DNA of 64,000 nucleotides from the NCBI GenBank assembly GCA_965140585.1, contig OZ223264.1, positions 576,001 to 640,000 on the forward strand. Direction: 5' to 3'. The position numbers and the translations under genes are program-made. The notes below the pieces were generated by a model. That model saw only the letters and a list, made by a program, of their open reading frames with translations, searched no databases and was not told where the DNA came from. The DNA comes from Spirochaetia bacterium. GTDB taxonomy: Bacteria; Spirochaetota; Spirochaetia; UBA9216. This document shows positions 11,124-21,080 of this stretch, piece after piece (the stretch's first letter is position 1; the number at the start of each line of letters is the position of its first letter).

Positions 11124-13481
11124 TTGATAAAAAAAACATTTTTCGATTATCGGAAACAGACTGTATTATATATGCTCCTCTACTTCCTATTTCTGGAAAC
11201 AGTACTTATAAATATTTTCTGGTTCAGACATCACAGTTTTGATGAGTTTCATAAATTTGAATTTTTTTTTCAAAGCGCAGTTATAGCAGGAGTCAGTATT
11301 CTTACCACGCAGCTTCGGATAAGACTCATTGAACTGAGACTGTTCAGAAAGCTGAATCCGTATATTGAATTCATACTCAGTAAAGAGCTTAAAGTCCTTC
11401 AAATTAACGACAAAGCCAGGCAGTTTTTTGGAATCGAAGATCTTCCTGAGAGAAAGGCAAAGCTTTTCGTTGGTATCTGGGTCAGGAATAATATTGCAAA
11501 ATCAAGATTGTTTGTTCCGGAAAAGTTTGAATACCGGAGTTTCGGTTCTACTGTTCTCTTTACCAAAAGTATTGAGCCGCAGACCGGAAATCTTCTGTTC
11601 TTCGGTGTGGATATAACTGACCAGAAGGTTAATGAACAGGAGATCCGCCGACTACTGACGGCTATAGAACAGAGTGCCGTATCAGTAGTGACTACTGATG
11701 CTGACGGAAACATTACCTATGCAAACAAGGCTTTTGAAGAAATTACCGGGTTTACCCGACTTGAGGTTTTCGGTAAAAACCCGCGAATATTCGGCAGCGG
11801 GTTTCATGATGATGAATTCTACAGCCAGCTCTGGCACACAATCAGTACAGGCAATGTCTGGACAGGAACCTTCCTTAACAGAAAGAAGGACGGAGAGCAT
11901 TACTGGGAAGAGGCCATTATTACTCCCATATGCAATGATGAAAATGAGATAACAGCATTTATAGCTCTAAAAGAGGACATAACCAAAAGAAAGCAGTTTG
12001 AGCAGGAGCTACGTCTGGCAAAAGAAGAAGCTGAAAAAGCGAATGCTCTAAAGACCGAGTTTCTTGCCAATATGTCACATGAAATACGGACTCCGCTTAA
12101 TGCTATACTGGGATTCAACGACATACTTATGTCTCAGGAAGATGATCCTGAAAAAGCTGAAATGCTTAAGCTGATGAAAAAATCAGGTTCAGATCTGCTT
12201 GGCCTCATAAGTGAAATTCTGGATCTTTCCAAAATTGAGGCGGATAAGGTCAAAATTGAATACCGTGAATTCTCTGTCATGACTCTTTTTGAAGAACTTG
12301 AAAGGCAGTTCGAGGTACTCACCGCCGATAAGGATGTCAAACTGGAATTTCTTGAATCCCCGGGTATTCCCAGACTGCTGATAGGAGGGGAAGTCCAGAT
12401 AAAGCAGGTTCTAACCAATTTAATCGGAAATGCAGTCAAGTTTACCGATTCAGGCTTTATCAGAACTTCGGCTACCTATGAGAACGGGGTTCTGCAGCTT
12501 GAGGTCGCGGATTCGGGAATAGGTATTACAGATGATGTTCGTACTAAGATTTTTGATGCCTTTGCGCAGGGTAATATCGGAACTAAGAGGAAATATGAAG
12601 GCACAGGTCTGGGGCTGACTATCTCCAAAAGACTGATTGACCTAATGGACGGCTCAATTAATGTTGAGAGTTCACCGGGGAATGGTTCGGTTTTTAGAGT
12701 GAATATCCCGCTTCTACCGGTTTCCGTGCCTTCAGAGGAGGAAGTTCTTGCTGTAATTCCCCTGGATGAAGAAGATGAAACAAATGAGTCTGGTCGCGGA
12801 AGCCGTGAAGCTGAGCAGGTAACGCCTGAGCTTCTTGTTTTTTTTGATGAGAAGGTGGACAGTCTGCTGATTCAGAAAATACTTGAATCAGCCAGAATAC
12901 AGGCAGATTATACTCTTGAAGCTTCTGAATTTCAGAAACTCTATCATGAAGGACAATACAGCATAATAATTCTGGACTTCAGCAGGGCATTTCAGGACCA
13001 TATGCATTTTATTAATACGATACATCAGAACAGGGATAAAGCTCCTTTTACAATAATTATTACCGGTGATGCCATGGCAGGGTCCGAAGAAAAATATCTT
13101 GATATGGGTTTTGATCTGTATATATCCAAACCGCTGGACAGAAGGCGACTATTGGAAGTGATCACAGGACATCTTGGAGAAGGTATCCCTGCAAATGAAA
13201 ACTTCGGCAGATATGATCTCAGCGGGCTTTCCATTGCCGAGTACAGCCGGCTTTCAAAAGAGCTTTTAACTCTTGAAGATGTTTTTAGTTCCAATGATAT
13301 AGACGGGCTTCTTTCCGTATCTGAAAAGATATCTTTAATATCTGATTCCGATGTTATCAGCAGAATTTCTGAGGATCTAAGACGTATATGGGAGCATATT
13401 GATGAAAAAGCTCTTGCCGAGTTTATAAGCAGTATGAAACCGATGATTGAAAAAAGTGAAGGTCGAGAGAATGGTGAATAA
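11124..13481 (+). CDS. PAS-domain hybrid sensor histidine kinase
   Basis: Two TMs, PAS/PAC, FLANMSHEIRTPLN, NLIGNAVKFT, GTGLGL, C-terminal REC domain. Confidence 0.92.
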   Translation: MIKKTFFDYRKQTVLYMLLYFLFLETVLINIFWFRHHSFDEFHKFEFFFQSAVIAGVSILTTQLRIRLIELRLFRKLNPYIEFILSKELKVLQINDKARQFFGIEDLPERKAKLFVGIWVRNNIAKSRLFVPEKFEYRSFGSTVLFTKSIEPQTGNLLFFGVDITDQKVNEQEIRRLLTAIEQSAVSVVTTDADGNITYANKAFEEITGFTRLEVFGKNPRIFGSGFHDDEFYSQLWHTISTGNVWTGTFLNRKKDGEHYWEEAIITPICNDENEITAFIALKEDITKRKQFEQELRLAKEEAEKANALKTEFLANMSHEIRTPLNAILGFNDILMSQEDDPEKAEMLKLMKKSGSDLLGLISEILDLSKIEADKVKIEYREFSVMTLFEELERQFEVLTADKDVKLEFLESPGIPRLLIGGEVQIKQVLTNLIGNAVKFTDSGFIRTSATYENGVLQLEVADSGIGITDDVRTKIFDAFAQGNIGTKRKYEGTGLGLTISKRLIDLMDGSINVESSPGNGSVFRVNIPLLPVSVPSEEEVLAVIPLDEEDETNESGRGSREAEQVTPELLVFFDEKVDSLLIQKILESARIQADYTLEASEFQKLYHEGQYSIIILDFSRAFQDHMHFINTIHQNRDKAPFTIIITGDAMAGSEEKYLDMGFDLYISKPLDRRRLLEVITGHLGEGIPANENFGRYDLSGLSIAEYSRLSKELLTLEDVFSSNDIDGLLSVSEKISLISDSDVISRISEDLRRIWEHIDEKALAEFISSMKPMIEKSEGRENGE

Positions 13482-15108
13482 TAATTTTCAGGCTACGGTA
13501 CTTATTGTTGATGACAACAAGATTAACACTGAAATAATCGTTGCAATGTTGAAGGATAAGTATAACCTTCGGGTGGCAAGAAACGGTGAAGAATGCCTTA
13601 AGCGCTGCAGGATAAAGCCTTATCCGGATATCATTCTGCTCGATATTATGATGCCGGTAATGGATGGTTATGAGACGATCATCGAGCTGAAGAAAGACTC
13701 GCTTACACATGATATCCCGGTTGTTTTTTTAACAGCGCTTTCAGATTCTGAAGATATCGTAAAGGGTTTTAATCTGGGGGCAGTGGACTATCTAACAAAA
13801 CCCTTTAATATGACAGAGCTGTTAGCCAGGATAAAAACACATGTAGAGCTTCAGCAGGTAAGAAAACAGATTCAGTCCCAGAATGCAGTTCTTGAAAATT
13901 TGAATATAGCACTTCAGGATAAGATTGATGAGCAGAAAACTTATATTGAAAAAGCAAAAATTCTACAGGATTCTCTAATTCAGAGGGAGCTTCCGTTTTT
14001 TAGGGAATTCAGTATTCAGGCTCTGTACATGCCCTGTGAAGATTTGGGGGGGGACTTCTTCTCAATAAACCGGGGTTTCTGCAGCGACAAACTCGTTCTT
14101 GTTTTAGGCGACTGTACCGGTCACGGAATCCAGTCTTCTCTCGAAGCCTCCTTTCTTACAAGTGTGGTTCAGGCTAAGATGTCTCTCCTTTTCGATAGCG
14201 GAGATACAGGAGCATTTCTTTCTCAGGTAAACCGAAGTGTTATCAGGATCACGGATGAAGATCATTTTCCTACAATGCTTGTCTGTATACTTGACCTCAA
14301 CAGCATGGTTCTTACCTATTCGAGCGCAAACGGAGTACTTCCCGTCTTGATTAGAGCAGGAGTGATCAGTTCAATTCCCAGAGCCTCCGGGATGCACCTT
14401 GGATATGATATCTCCACTGAATATGAGACCTGCAGGCTCAATCTTGAGAAAAATGATAGGCTTTTACTATTTTCTGATGCAGTATTTGAGTTTAACGCTG
14501 AAAATGATGGTATAGCGGGAATTGAAATGTTTACCCGGCTACTTAAAAATATTCCAGACGGGCCTGAGCCTGATTTTGAGAAACTAATTAAAAAACTTGG
14601 AGAAGCAGCAGGCAGGCTTCCGCTTGAAGACGACACAACAATAATTCAGATAGACTTCGCAGGAGCCCTTAGTAAGGACTTTTTCTTTTCAGAACTGGAC
14701 GGTTTGAAATCTGTACTCTCGGAGATTGAATTAATGCTTATTAAAACGGGATATTCAACAGATGAGGTTCGGAAAATGTGTATCGGACTGGATGAAATGT
14801 GCCTCAATGCCTATTTCCACGGAAACAAGGAAGATACGCTGAAGAGTGTAACTATCAGTGCAGAAATCAACTGTGAAGAAGTGAGGTTTACAGTAACGGA
14901 TATGGGGGAAGGTTTTGAGCCGGCTGGAGTGCGGGATCCTGTCGAAAATATTCTGGAAATTTATGAGGCGGATAATCCGGAGGAGTACACCCACGGACGG
15001 GGAATTGCCGTGACAACAATGTTCTATGACAGTGTTGATTACAGTGAGTCAGGAAACTCAGTGACTCTTAGAAGGAAAAAAAGCATAAAAGATGTAAAAT
15101 TTATTTAA
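13471..15108 (+). CDS. REC + PP2C (SpoIIE) phosphatase + RsbW-like HATPase fusion (HsbR-like)
   Basis: REC (ILLDIMMP); PP2C GGDFF, GDCTGHG, FSDAV, EDDTT; RsbW-like EMCLNAYFHGN, DMGEGF, HGRGI. Confidence 0.88.
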   Translation: MVNNNFQATVLIVDDNKINTEIIVAMLKDKYNLRVARNGEECLKRCRIKPYPDIILLDIMMPVMDGYETIIELKKDSLTHDIPVVFLTALSDSEDIVKGFNLGAVDYLTKPFNMTELLARIKTHVELQQVRKQIQSQNAVLENLNIALQDKIDEQKTYIEKAKILQDSLIQRELPFFREFSIQALYMPCEDLGGDFFSINRGFCSDKLVLVLGDCTGHGIQSSLEASFLTSVVQAKMSLLFDSGDTGAFLSQVNRSVIRITDEDHFPTMLVCILDLNSMVLTYSSANGVLPVLIRAGVISSIPRASGMHLGYDISTEYETCRLNLEKNDRLLLFSDAVFEFNAENDGIAGIEMFTRLLKNIPDGPEPDFEKLIKKLGEAAGRLPLEDDTTIIQIDFAGALSKDFFFSELDGLKSVLSEIELMLIKTGYSTDEVRKMCIGLDEMCLNAYFHGNKEDTLKSVTISAEINCEEVRFTVTDMGEGFEPAGVRDPVENILEIYEADNPEEYTHGRGIAVTTMFYDSVDYSESGNSVTLRRKKSIKDVKFI

Positions 15109-15240
15109 TTTTTACTAAAAAGCAGGATGTGATTTGATTTGGCAAATTCCATTTTCTATAATTTAATAAAGGTTTATGTGCAAAATAAATAGATGGAGCT
15201 TTCTAAAGTTGTCATTGATTATAGAAATGGAGAGTATTTT

Positions 15241-17292
15241 ATGAAACTTAGAACTAAAATATCGCTGGGATTCGGAGTTCTTCTGCTCCTTGTCATAGTT
15301 GTCGGTGTTATTGCCATCCTTCAGTTTGGAATTGCATCACGGGGCTTTACCGAATACCGCGCCCTTGCACGTGATACAAATCTTGCCAGCCGCCTGCAGA
15401 TCAACATGCTTATGGTTCGAATGAATGTAAAAGACTTCATCATCTCAGGGCTTGAAAAGGACGTACAGGAGTATAACAGCTATCTTGCGGAAATGACCAA
15501 AGATCTGGAAATCGCTTCTGACGAAATTCAGAATCCGGAACGGGCCAAGCTTATAAAGCAGGTTCTGGATAATGTTACCGAGTATCAATCGGGTTTTGAG
15601 GAGGTCCAGAAATTTCAGGCTATGCGTAATGACCATGTAGATAATTATCTGAATGTCCTGGGGCCTGAAATGGAACGGAGCCTGACCGATATTCTAGTTT
15701 CAGCGGAGGCTGACGGTGATACAGCCGCCGCTTTTTATTCAGCCCTTGTAATGCGGAACCTGCTTCTTGCCAGGCTCTATATTGTTAAGTTTCTTGATGA
15801 TAATGAAGATTCAAATGTAGACCGGGTTAACCTTGAAATCACTAAAATGGATGAGAACCTTAACCTTCTGGATGCATCGCTTGAGAATGCGGAAAGAAGA
15901 AGTCTTATGCAGGATGTAATATCTGCCAGGGAAATTTACCTTGAAAATTTTACTCTTGTTGTTAACGCCATCAGAGAAAGAAATTATCTTATAACAAACC
16001 ATCTTGATGTTCTGGGCCCGGAAATTGCCGGCTGGCTTGATGATGTAACTCTTTCTGTCCAGGTCGATCAGGATGAGCTTGGGCCGAGACTCCAGGCATC
16101 AAACAACAAGGCAATGATAATGATAATTATCATTCTGGCGGTTGCAATGGCTGTGGGGATCCTTATAGCGGTTATTACCGTTTCCTCTGTTCTAAAACAG
16201 CTTGGTTCTGATCCTGCCGAGCTGATGGTTCTTTCTGAAACCATATCAAAGGGAGATCTGACCTCCAGAGAAGGCCAATCATCAGAAAATAGTGTAGGGG
16301 TTTTTAACTCTATGCTGGTAATGAAGGAGAAACTGGCTGAAATAGTGGCAACAGTTCTTGCCGGTTCAGAACAGATTGCTTCGGCAAGTGAGCAGCTTGC
16401 CTCCGGTAACCAGGATCTTTCGAACCGTACCGAGCAGCAGGCCTCCGCTCTGGAGGAAACCTCTTCTGCTATTGAAGAAATGAATGCTTCGGTTAAATCA
16501 AATGCCGACAACACAACCTCAGCAGATAAACTTGCACGTGATGCTGCTACACGGGCTGAGGAAGGTTCGGAAGCTGTCCGTGAAATGGTTGTCGCCATGA
16601 ATGAAATCAATGAATCAAGTACCCGCATAGCGGATATTATTGAGGTTATAAACAACATCGCATTCCAGACAAACCTGCTGGCTCTCAATGCTTCAATCGA
16701 GGCTGCCCGTGCAGGAGAGCAGGGTAAAGGCTTTGCAGTAGTAGCTGTTGAAGTAAGAAAGCTTGCCAAACGATCCGACCGTGCAGCCAGGGAAATTGCA
16801 GACATAATAAAAGAAAGCGGCCGAAAGGTTGAAGAAGGTGTGGATGTTGCAAACAGTGCAGGCAGCATGCTCGAGGAAATTAATGCTTCGATCAGAAAGG
16901 TTACTGCCCTTGTTGCAGAAATATCGGCGGCTTCCCAGGAACAGTTATCAAGTGTTGATCAGATTGATAAGACTCTTGCCAGTCTTGACGAGAACACCCA
17001 GAAGAATGCTGCCATGGTTGAAGAAGCTGCTTCTGCTACAGAGGAGCTTTCCGGACAGGCACAGGAACTTAACACTACAATGCAGTTCTTTAGGCTTGAT
17101 ATGGTCGGTCGAAAAAAGCAGAAACCGCAGCTTACTACCGGAATTACTCTTTCGGACAAGAAGGATAAAAAGGAAAAGAATTCAAAACCCCAGCTTCCTA
17201 AACCTGAAAAGAAAGCTACTGCTGATGAAGAATTTGGTCCTTATGATACCTTCTCCGAACTTGCAAATGAAGGGGAGTTTGATGAGTTCTAA
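15241..17292 (+). CDS. MCP, enteric-like (36H) signalling domain with a large helical periplasmic sensor and C-terminal pentapeptide
   Basis: [19 protein letters not shown]...[23 protein letters not shown]; tail EFDEF. Start at MKLRTK after GGAG. Confidence 0.92.
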   Translation: MKLRTKISLGFGVLLLLVIVVGVIAILQFGIASRGFTEYRALARDTNLASRLQINMLMVRMNVKDFIISGLEKDVQEYNSYLAEMTKDLEIASDEIQNPERAKLIKQVLDNVTEYQSGFEEVQKFQAMRNDHVDNYLNVLGPEMERSLTDILVSAEADGDTAAAFYSALVMRNLLLARLYIVKFLDDNEDSNVDRVNLEITKMDENLNLLDASLENAERRSLMQDVISAREIYLENFTLVVNAIRERNYLITNHLDVLGPEIAGWLDDVTLSVQVDQDELGPRLQASNNKAMIMIIIILAVAMAVGILIAVITVSSVLKQLGSDPAELMVLSETISKGDLTSREGQSSENSVGVFNSMLVMKEKLAEIVATVLAGSEQIASASEQLASGNQDLSNRTEQQASALEETSSAIEEMNASVKSNADNTTSADKLARDAATRAEEGSEAVREMVVAMNEINESSTRIADIIEVINNIAFQTNLLALNASIEAARAGEQGKGFAVVAVEVRKLAKRSDRAAREIADIIKESGRKVEEGVDVANSAGSMLEEINASIRKVTALVAEISAASQEQLSSVDQIDKTLASLDENTQKNAAMVEEAASATEELSGQAQELNTTMQFFRLDMVGRKKQKPQLTTGITLSDKKDKKEKNSKPQLPKPEKKATADEEFGPYDTFSELANEGEFDEF

Positions 17293-17881
17293 AGAGTCTG
17301 AATATAAAGAAGTGGAGAAAACTAAAGAAATGACGGCAGAACAGAAGTTCTCTGAAATCTATCAGGATATGGACAACGAAGATGAGGATATGCTTGTAAG
17401 TCAGCTTAATATGGATGTGACTAACCAGTATGTTGTTTTTTCGGTAGGTGAAGAAGAATACGGAATTCCCATCCTGTCAGTACAGGAAATTATTTCACTT
17501 CCGAATTTGACACGTATTCCGGGTATTCCGGAATATATACCGGGGATCATAAACCTCAGAGGGAATATTATTCCGCTTTACATCCTCCGCAGCAAATTCA
17601 GGCTGACTCTTGAAGAGCTTGGTGAGGATACAATTGTTATTATTGTGCAGATTGGCACCGAGCAGACAAAGACTGTCGGTCTGATTGTAGATGCTGTTTC
17701 TGATGTTGTAAGCATAACAGCCGAGGATCAGCGTGAGACACCGGATTTTAACGGGAATATTGATGTTAGTTTTGTGGATAGAATAGGGCAGATTGGTCAG
17801 CGAATGGTAATTCTGATCAGTCTTGATAATTTTTTCACTGAGAAAGAAATCAGTGTAATTGAAACTGCAGGGAAGGCATAA
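17282..17881 (+). CDS. cheW: CheW coupling protein with acidic N-terminal extension
   Basis: [44 protein letters not shown]. Confidence 0.92.
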   Translation: MSSKESEYKEVEKTKEMTAEQKFSEIYQDMDNEDEDMLVSQLNMDVTNQYVVFSVGEEEYGIPILSVQEIISLPNLTRIPGIPEYIPGIINLRGNIIPLYILRSKFRLTLEELGEDTIVIIVQIGTEQTKTVGLIVDAVSDVVSITAEDQRETPDFNGNIDVSFVDRIGQIGQRMVILISLDNFFTEKEISVIETAGKA

Positions 17882-18540
17882 TGAGAGTTACGATAGTAAT
17901 CGGCGATGAGAACAGGATTTCATTGAATCCTGATTCAGTTCCTGATCGTAAATTTGTATATTTCAGATCCAACGAAGAATCATATCTTTACCATCTTGAA
18001 CATCCTGAGGTTGATTCCTATCTGCTGCTCGCCGGAGATCTGCGTCATGAGCTGTTAAGTAAAATTATCAGTCATATAGGACTACTGAATGAAATGACTC
18101 CGGTTTTTCTACTGGGGTCTACCGTGGACGGTCCTGATGATTCTGTTGAGTTTAAAAATACCGTCAGATGCAGAACCTCTGACGAGTTTCTCAGCAATCT
18201 TGAGGCTGTACCGGAATCTCACCGAAAATTCAACCGTGTTGAATGGCCGGTAAAAGCCGGAATAACTGACCATGAAAAACAGTCTAAGGATAAGGGGCTT
18301 GTATTATCCATTTCATCAGGTGGCTGCCTCATAAAGTCTGACTACAGGACTGAACCGGGTGATTTTCTGCTCATTACAATTATATTTCAAAATTTTGATT
18401 TTATGGCTGAAGGCGATGTTCGGCGTACTGAACCGGGAAAGTTTGCCATTCAATTTACGGATGTTTCACTTCAGACAAAAAATTTCATACAGGAAATTAT
18501 CGATGAGAAAATTCTTTCTGAACTTAAGGAACTTGATTAA
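17881..18540 (+). CDS. PilZ-domain protein (c-di-GMP effector candidate)
   Basis: RKFNR (RxxxR) and SISSGG ([D/N]xSxxG variant); C-terminal FAIQF. Confidence 0.7.
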   Translation: MRVTIVIGDENRISLNPDSVPDRKFVYFRSNEESYLYHLEHPEVDSYLLLAGDLRHELLSKIISHIGLLNEMTPVFLLGSTVDGPDDSVEFKNTVRCRTSDEFLSNLEAVPESHRKFNRVEWPVKAGITDHEKQSKDKGLVLSISSGGCLIKSDYRTEPGDFLLITIIFQNFDFMAEGDVRRTEPGKFAIQFTDVSLQTKNFIQEIIDEKILSELKELD

Positions 18541-18548
18541 AATAATTT

Positions 18549-20423
18549 ATGAAAATTGAAAAAACAATACAAAATGGAAAATCTATCAGTACCCAGCTTG
18601 AGCCCTTTGTTTCCAGTCTTCAGATTTTTATAAATAAATATCAGGAAATAATGATAAAAATATCTGAGTCGCTTCCGGAAATAGAACGGAGAATAGAAGA
18701 TAATATTCTTGAAGCCAGAGAGCTACTCAATTTTCTTTTTGCTCCGTCAGGTCAGGAACAGACTTATGGTGTCAAGAATGAGATAATTAAATTCCGTACC
18801 CATCTGGACAGCATACTTGAAGATCTCGGTAATATGAACGAGATGGATCAACGGACTCTCTCCGATCTTAAGCAGGCAATAGAGATATCAAACAATACCG
18901 CGAAGGAAATGGAAAGTATTTTTAATATTTCTGAAAATCTCAAGGTCTATGCCATCAATTCGATTGTAAATTCCAGAAAGGCCGGTGAAAGCGGACGCGG
19001 GTATCAGATGATTTCTTCCGAGTTTATTAAGCTGTCGGAGCGCATAGCTTCTGGAACGAAAGAGATCAGTGAAGCCGGAGCTCAGGTACAATCTGAAATT
19101 GAAACATTTCTGAAAGCTGTTGAGGAATTGGAAGCTTATTCAGATACTCATCTTGCAGACATTTCTACAAGTTCTGCAGATATTTTTAAGAAGGCGAATT
19201 TCAGTATCGGGAATTTTTCAAGTATTCTGAATGATCTGCTTGACCGTATAGAGAGTTCAAAGGAACCCACTTATCAGATTATGGTAGAATTACAAAAGCA
19301 GGATATAATCCATCAGCAGCTTACTCATCTTGTTGAAAATATTAATGATATACTGGTTATTCTTGATAATAATTCATCACTGCTTGATCGATATGATGAT
19401 CTTAGAGATGAAAACGAGATCGCAGAATCGCGCAGTCTTTATACCCTGCTAATTTTTCTGATTGAAAATACAGAGCATCAGATAAGCCGAATCAATTCTG
19501 AATTTTCAGAAATGGTTGGAGGGCTTGAGAGGCTGTTTATTTTGATGCATGAATCTATCACTGACGTAAGTGATGATAAGAATCTGTTTTCTGATCTCGT
19601 TCTCTCCGAAGGTGCAGGACGGGCAGCGCTCGACATTCGTGATAAAAAGTCGGTTATAAGTTATATATTCGATTCTCCCGGGCACATGCTTAAAGACATC
19701 AAAGGCGACATCAGCTCTCTTGTATCAATGAAAAAAAATATCTTGATTTTGTTTATGGATCTTGAGAAAAAAATTGAACTGAAGAAAAATCAGGCCGAAG
19801 CTTTTCTGCCGATGATTGAATCAATCAAGAATCTGCTGCTGCTCTCAAGGATAGAGCAGGCACGATACAGGCTGCATTTTTCTATCGCCGGAACAGGGCA
19901 CGATGACAAGTTTTTTAAGCAGTCCTTCAGTAACCTTGCCGAAATAATTGAGAATATTTCTATTACCCATGCCGATGTTATTGAGAAGTTTCAGCATACT
20001 CAGGAAACCTTCGGACTGCAGGAATCGCATTACATTAAAATTGAAGAGAACTTTTTGGATTCTGCAAGAACCCTTCAGCAGACAAAGGATGTTTTTCTTG
20101 AACATTTTGAAACTGTTATGGATATTACCAATGAACTTGTCTCTGAGATATCCGGATACACATCACTGTTTAAAGAGCTTCGTACACTCAATGATGTAAT
20201 AGAATCAAACCTCGATGTCAGTTCTTCAATCGTTAAAGATGTGAAGATACGTCTTGAAGATATCGGAGGAATACTGCCTCTGGAAGAATGTCATTTTAAA
20301 GATATTATCTATGAAAAGATTGTTCAGAAATGTACGGTAGCTCAGGAGTTCGAAACTATTAAGGATAATTTTACCGGATTTGAAATAGAAGAAGCCGGGA
20401 CAAACAGTATTACCCTTTTTTAG
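18549..20423 (+). CDS. Cytoplasmic coiled-coil protein with a degenerate MCP-like tip
   Basis: No TM; NLKVYAINSIVNSRKAGESGRGYQMISSEFIKLS resembles the MCP tip; LQKQDIIHQ; ends SITLF. Confidence 0.65.
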   Translation: MKIEKTIQNGKSISTQLEPFVSSLQIFINKYQEIMIKISESLPEIERRIEDNILEARELLNFLFAPSGQEQTYGVKNEIIKFRTHLDSILEDLGNMNEMDQRTLSDLKQAIEISNNTAKEMESIFNISENLKVYAINSIVNSRKAGESGRGYQMISSEFIKLSERIASGTKEISEAGAQVQSEIETFLKAVEELEAYSDTHLADISTSSADIFKKANFSIGNFSSILNDLLDRIESSKEPTYQIMVELQKQDIIHQQLTHLVENINDILVILDNNSSLLDRYDDLRDENEIAESRSLYTLLIFLIENTEHQISRINSEFSEMVGGLERLFILMHESITDVSDDKNLFSDLVLSEGAGRAALDIRDKKSVISYIFDSPGHMLKDIKGDISSLVSMKKNILILFMDLEKKIELKKNQAEAFLPMIESIKNLLLLSRIEQARYRLHFSIAGTGHDDKFFKQSFSNLAEIIENISITHADVIEKFQHTQETFGLQESHYIKIEENFLDSARTLQQTKDVFLEHFETVMDITNELVSEISGYTSLFKELRTLNDVIESNLDVSSSIVKDVKIRLEDIGGILPLEECHFKDIIYEKIVQKCTVAQEFETIKDNFTGFEIEEAGTNSITLF

Positions 20424-20433
20424 GAGATGTTTT

Positions 20434-20676
20434 ATGAAAGTTGATATTCCGGAAGAATTGAGAATATACAATGTTGCTGAAGTCTGGAATGAGCTGTCCG
20501 GTGTATCGGAAGCTGTTATTGATTTCAGTAAAATGAAAGATTTTGACGGGGCAGGACTGCAGCTTATTATGAAATTACAGCTGCATATAAAAGAGAATAA
20601 ATCGGGAATGAAAATGGAAGGACTTTCTTCTGATATTATAGATAGACTACTGAAGTATGCAGCTGAATTAAATTGA
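20434..20676 (+). CDS. Small STAS-domain protein
   Basis: LRIYNV, IDFSKMKDFDGAGLQL; sits upstream of cheY-cheA. Confidence 0.8.
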   Translation: MKVDIPEELRIYNVAEVWNELSGVSEAVIDFSKMKDFDGAGLQLIMKLQLHIKENKSGMKMEGLSSDIIDRLLKYAAELN

Positions 20677-20703
20677 AACAGAAGAGTATAGAGGAGGAAT
20701 GAA

Positions 20704-21075
20704 ATGAAGACTGTTTTTGCTGTAGATGATTCGCCCACTGCCAGGGCATCTATAAAATACACCCTAGAAAAAGCCGGTTATAAAATAGTAATGGCTGAGG
20801 ATGGTGTTAAAGCGCTTGAGTTACTTGACGGTTTTGCTGAGCCTATTAATATTTTTTTATTTGATGTAAATATGCCGAACATGGATGGAATTACATTGAT
20901 TAAAAAAGTACGAGAAATTGACAAGTATAAGTTTACTCCTATCCTTTTTCTAACAACTGAATCACAGGAGTCGAAAAAGATGGAGGGGAAGAATGCGGGA
21001 GCCAGCGGATGGATTGTAAAACCTTTCGAGCCTGCTCAGCTCTCTGATGTAATTAAGCGTTTTGCCGGGGCGTAA
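20704..21075 (+). CDS. cheY: CheY-like single-domain response regulator
   Basis: VDDS, FDVNMPNMDG, LTTES, GWIVKPF. Confidence 0.92.
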   Translation: MKTVFAVDDSPTARASIKYTLEKAGYKIVMAEDGVKALELLDGFAEPINIFLFDVNMPNMDGITLIKKVREIDKYKFTPILFLTTESQESKKMEGKNAGASGWIVKPFEPAQLSDVIKRFAGA

Positions 21076-21080
21076 ATATT

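Noticed and set aside
16068-16868. 266-aa antisense ORF and similar shadow ORFs (53020-53628, 55785-56222, 563-811)
   Set aside because: They lie opposite well-supported genes, are Ser/Ala-rich mirror translations and have no motifs or SD.
16829-17281. 350-aa CheW with a long N-terminal extension
   Set aside because: The extension is an alternate frame inside the MCP gene; the plausible start is at 17282 or later.
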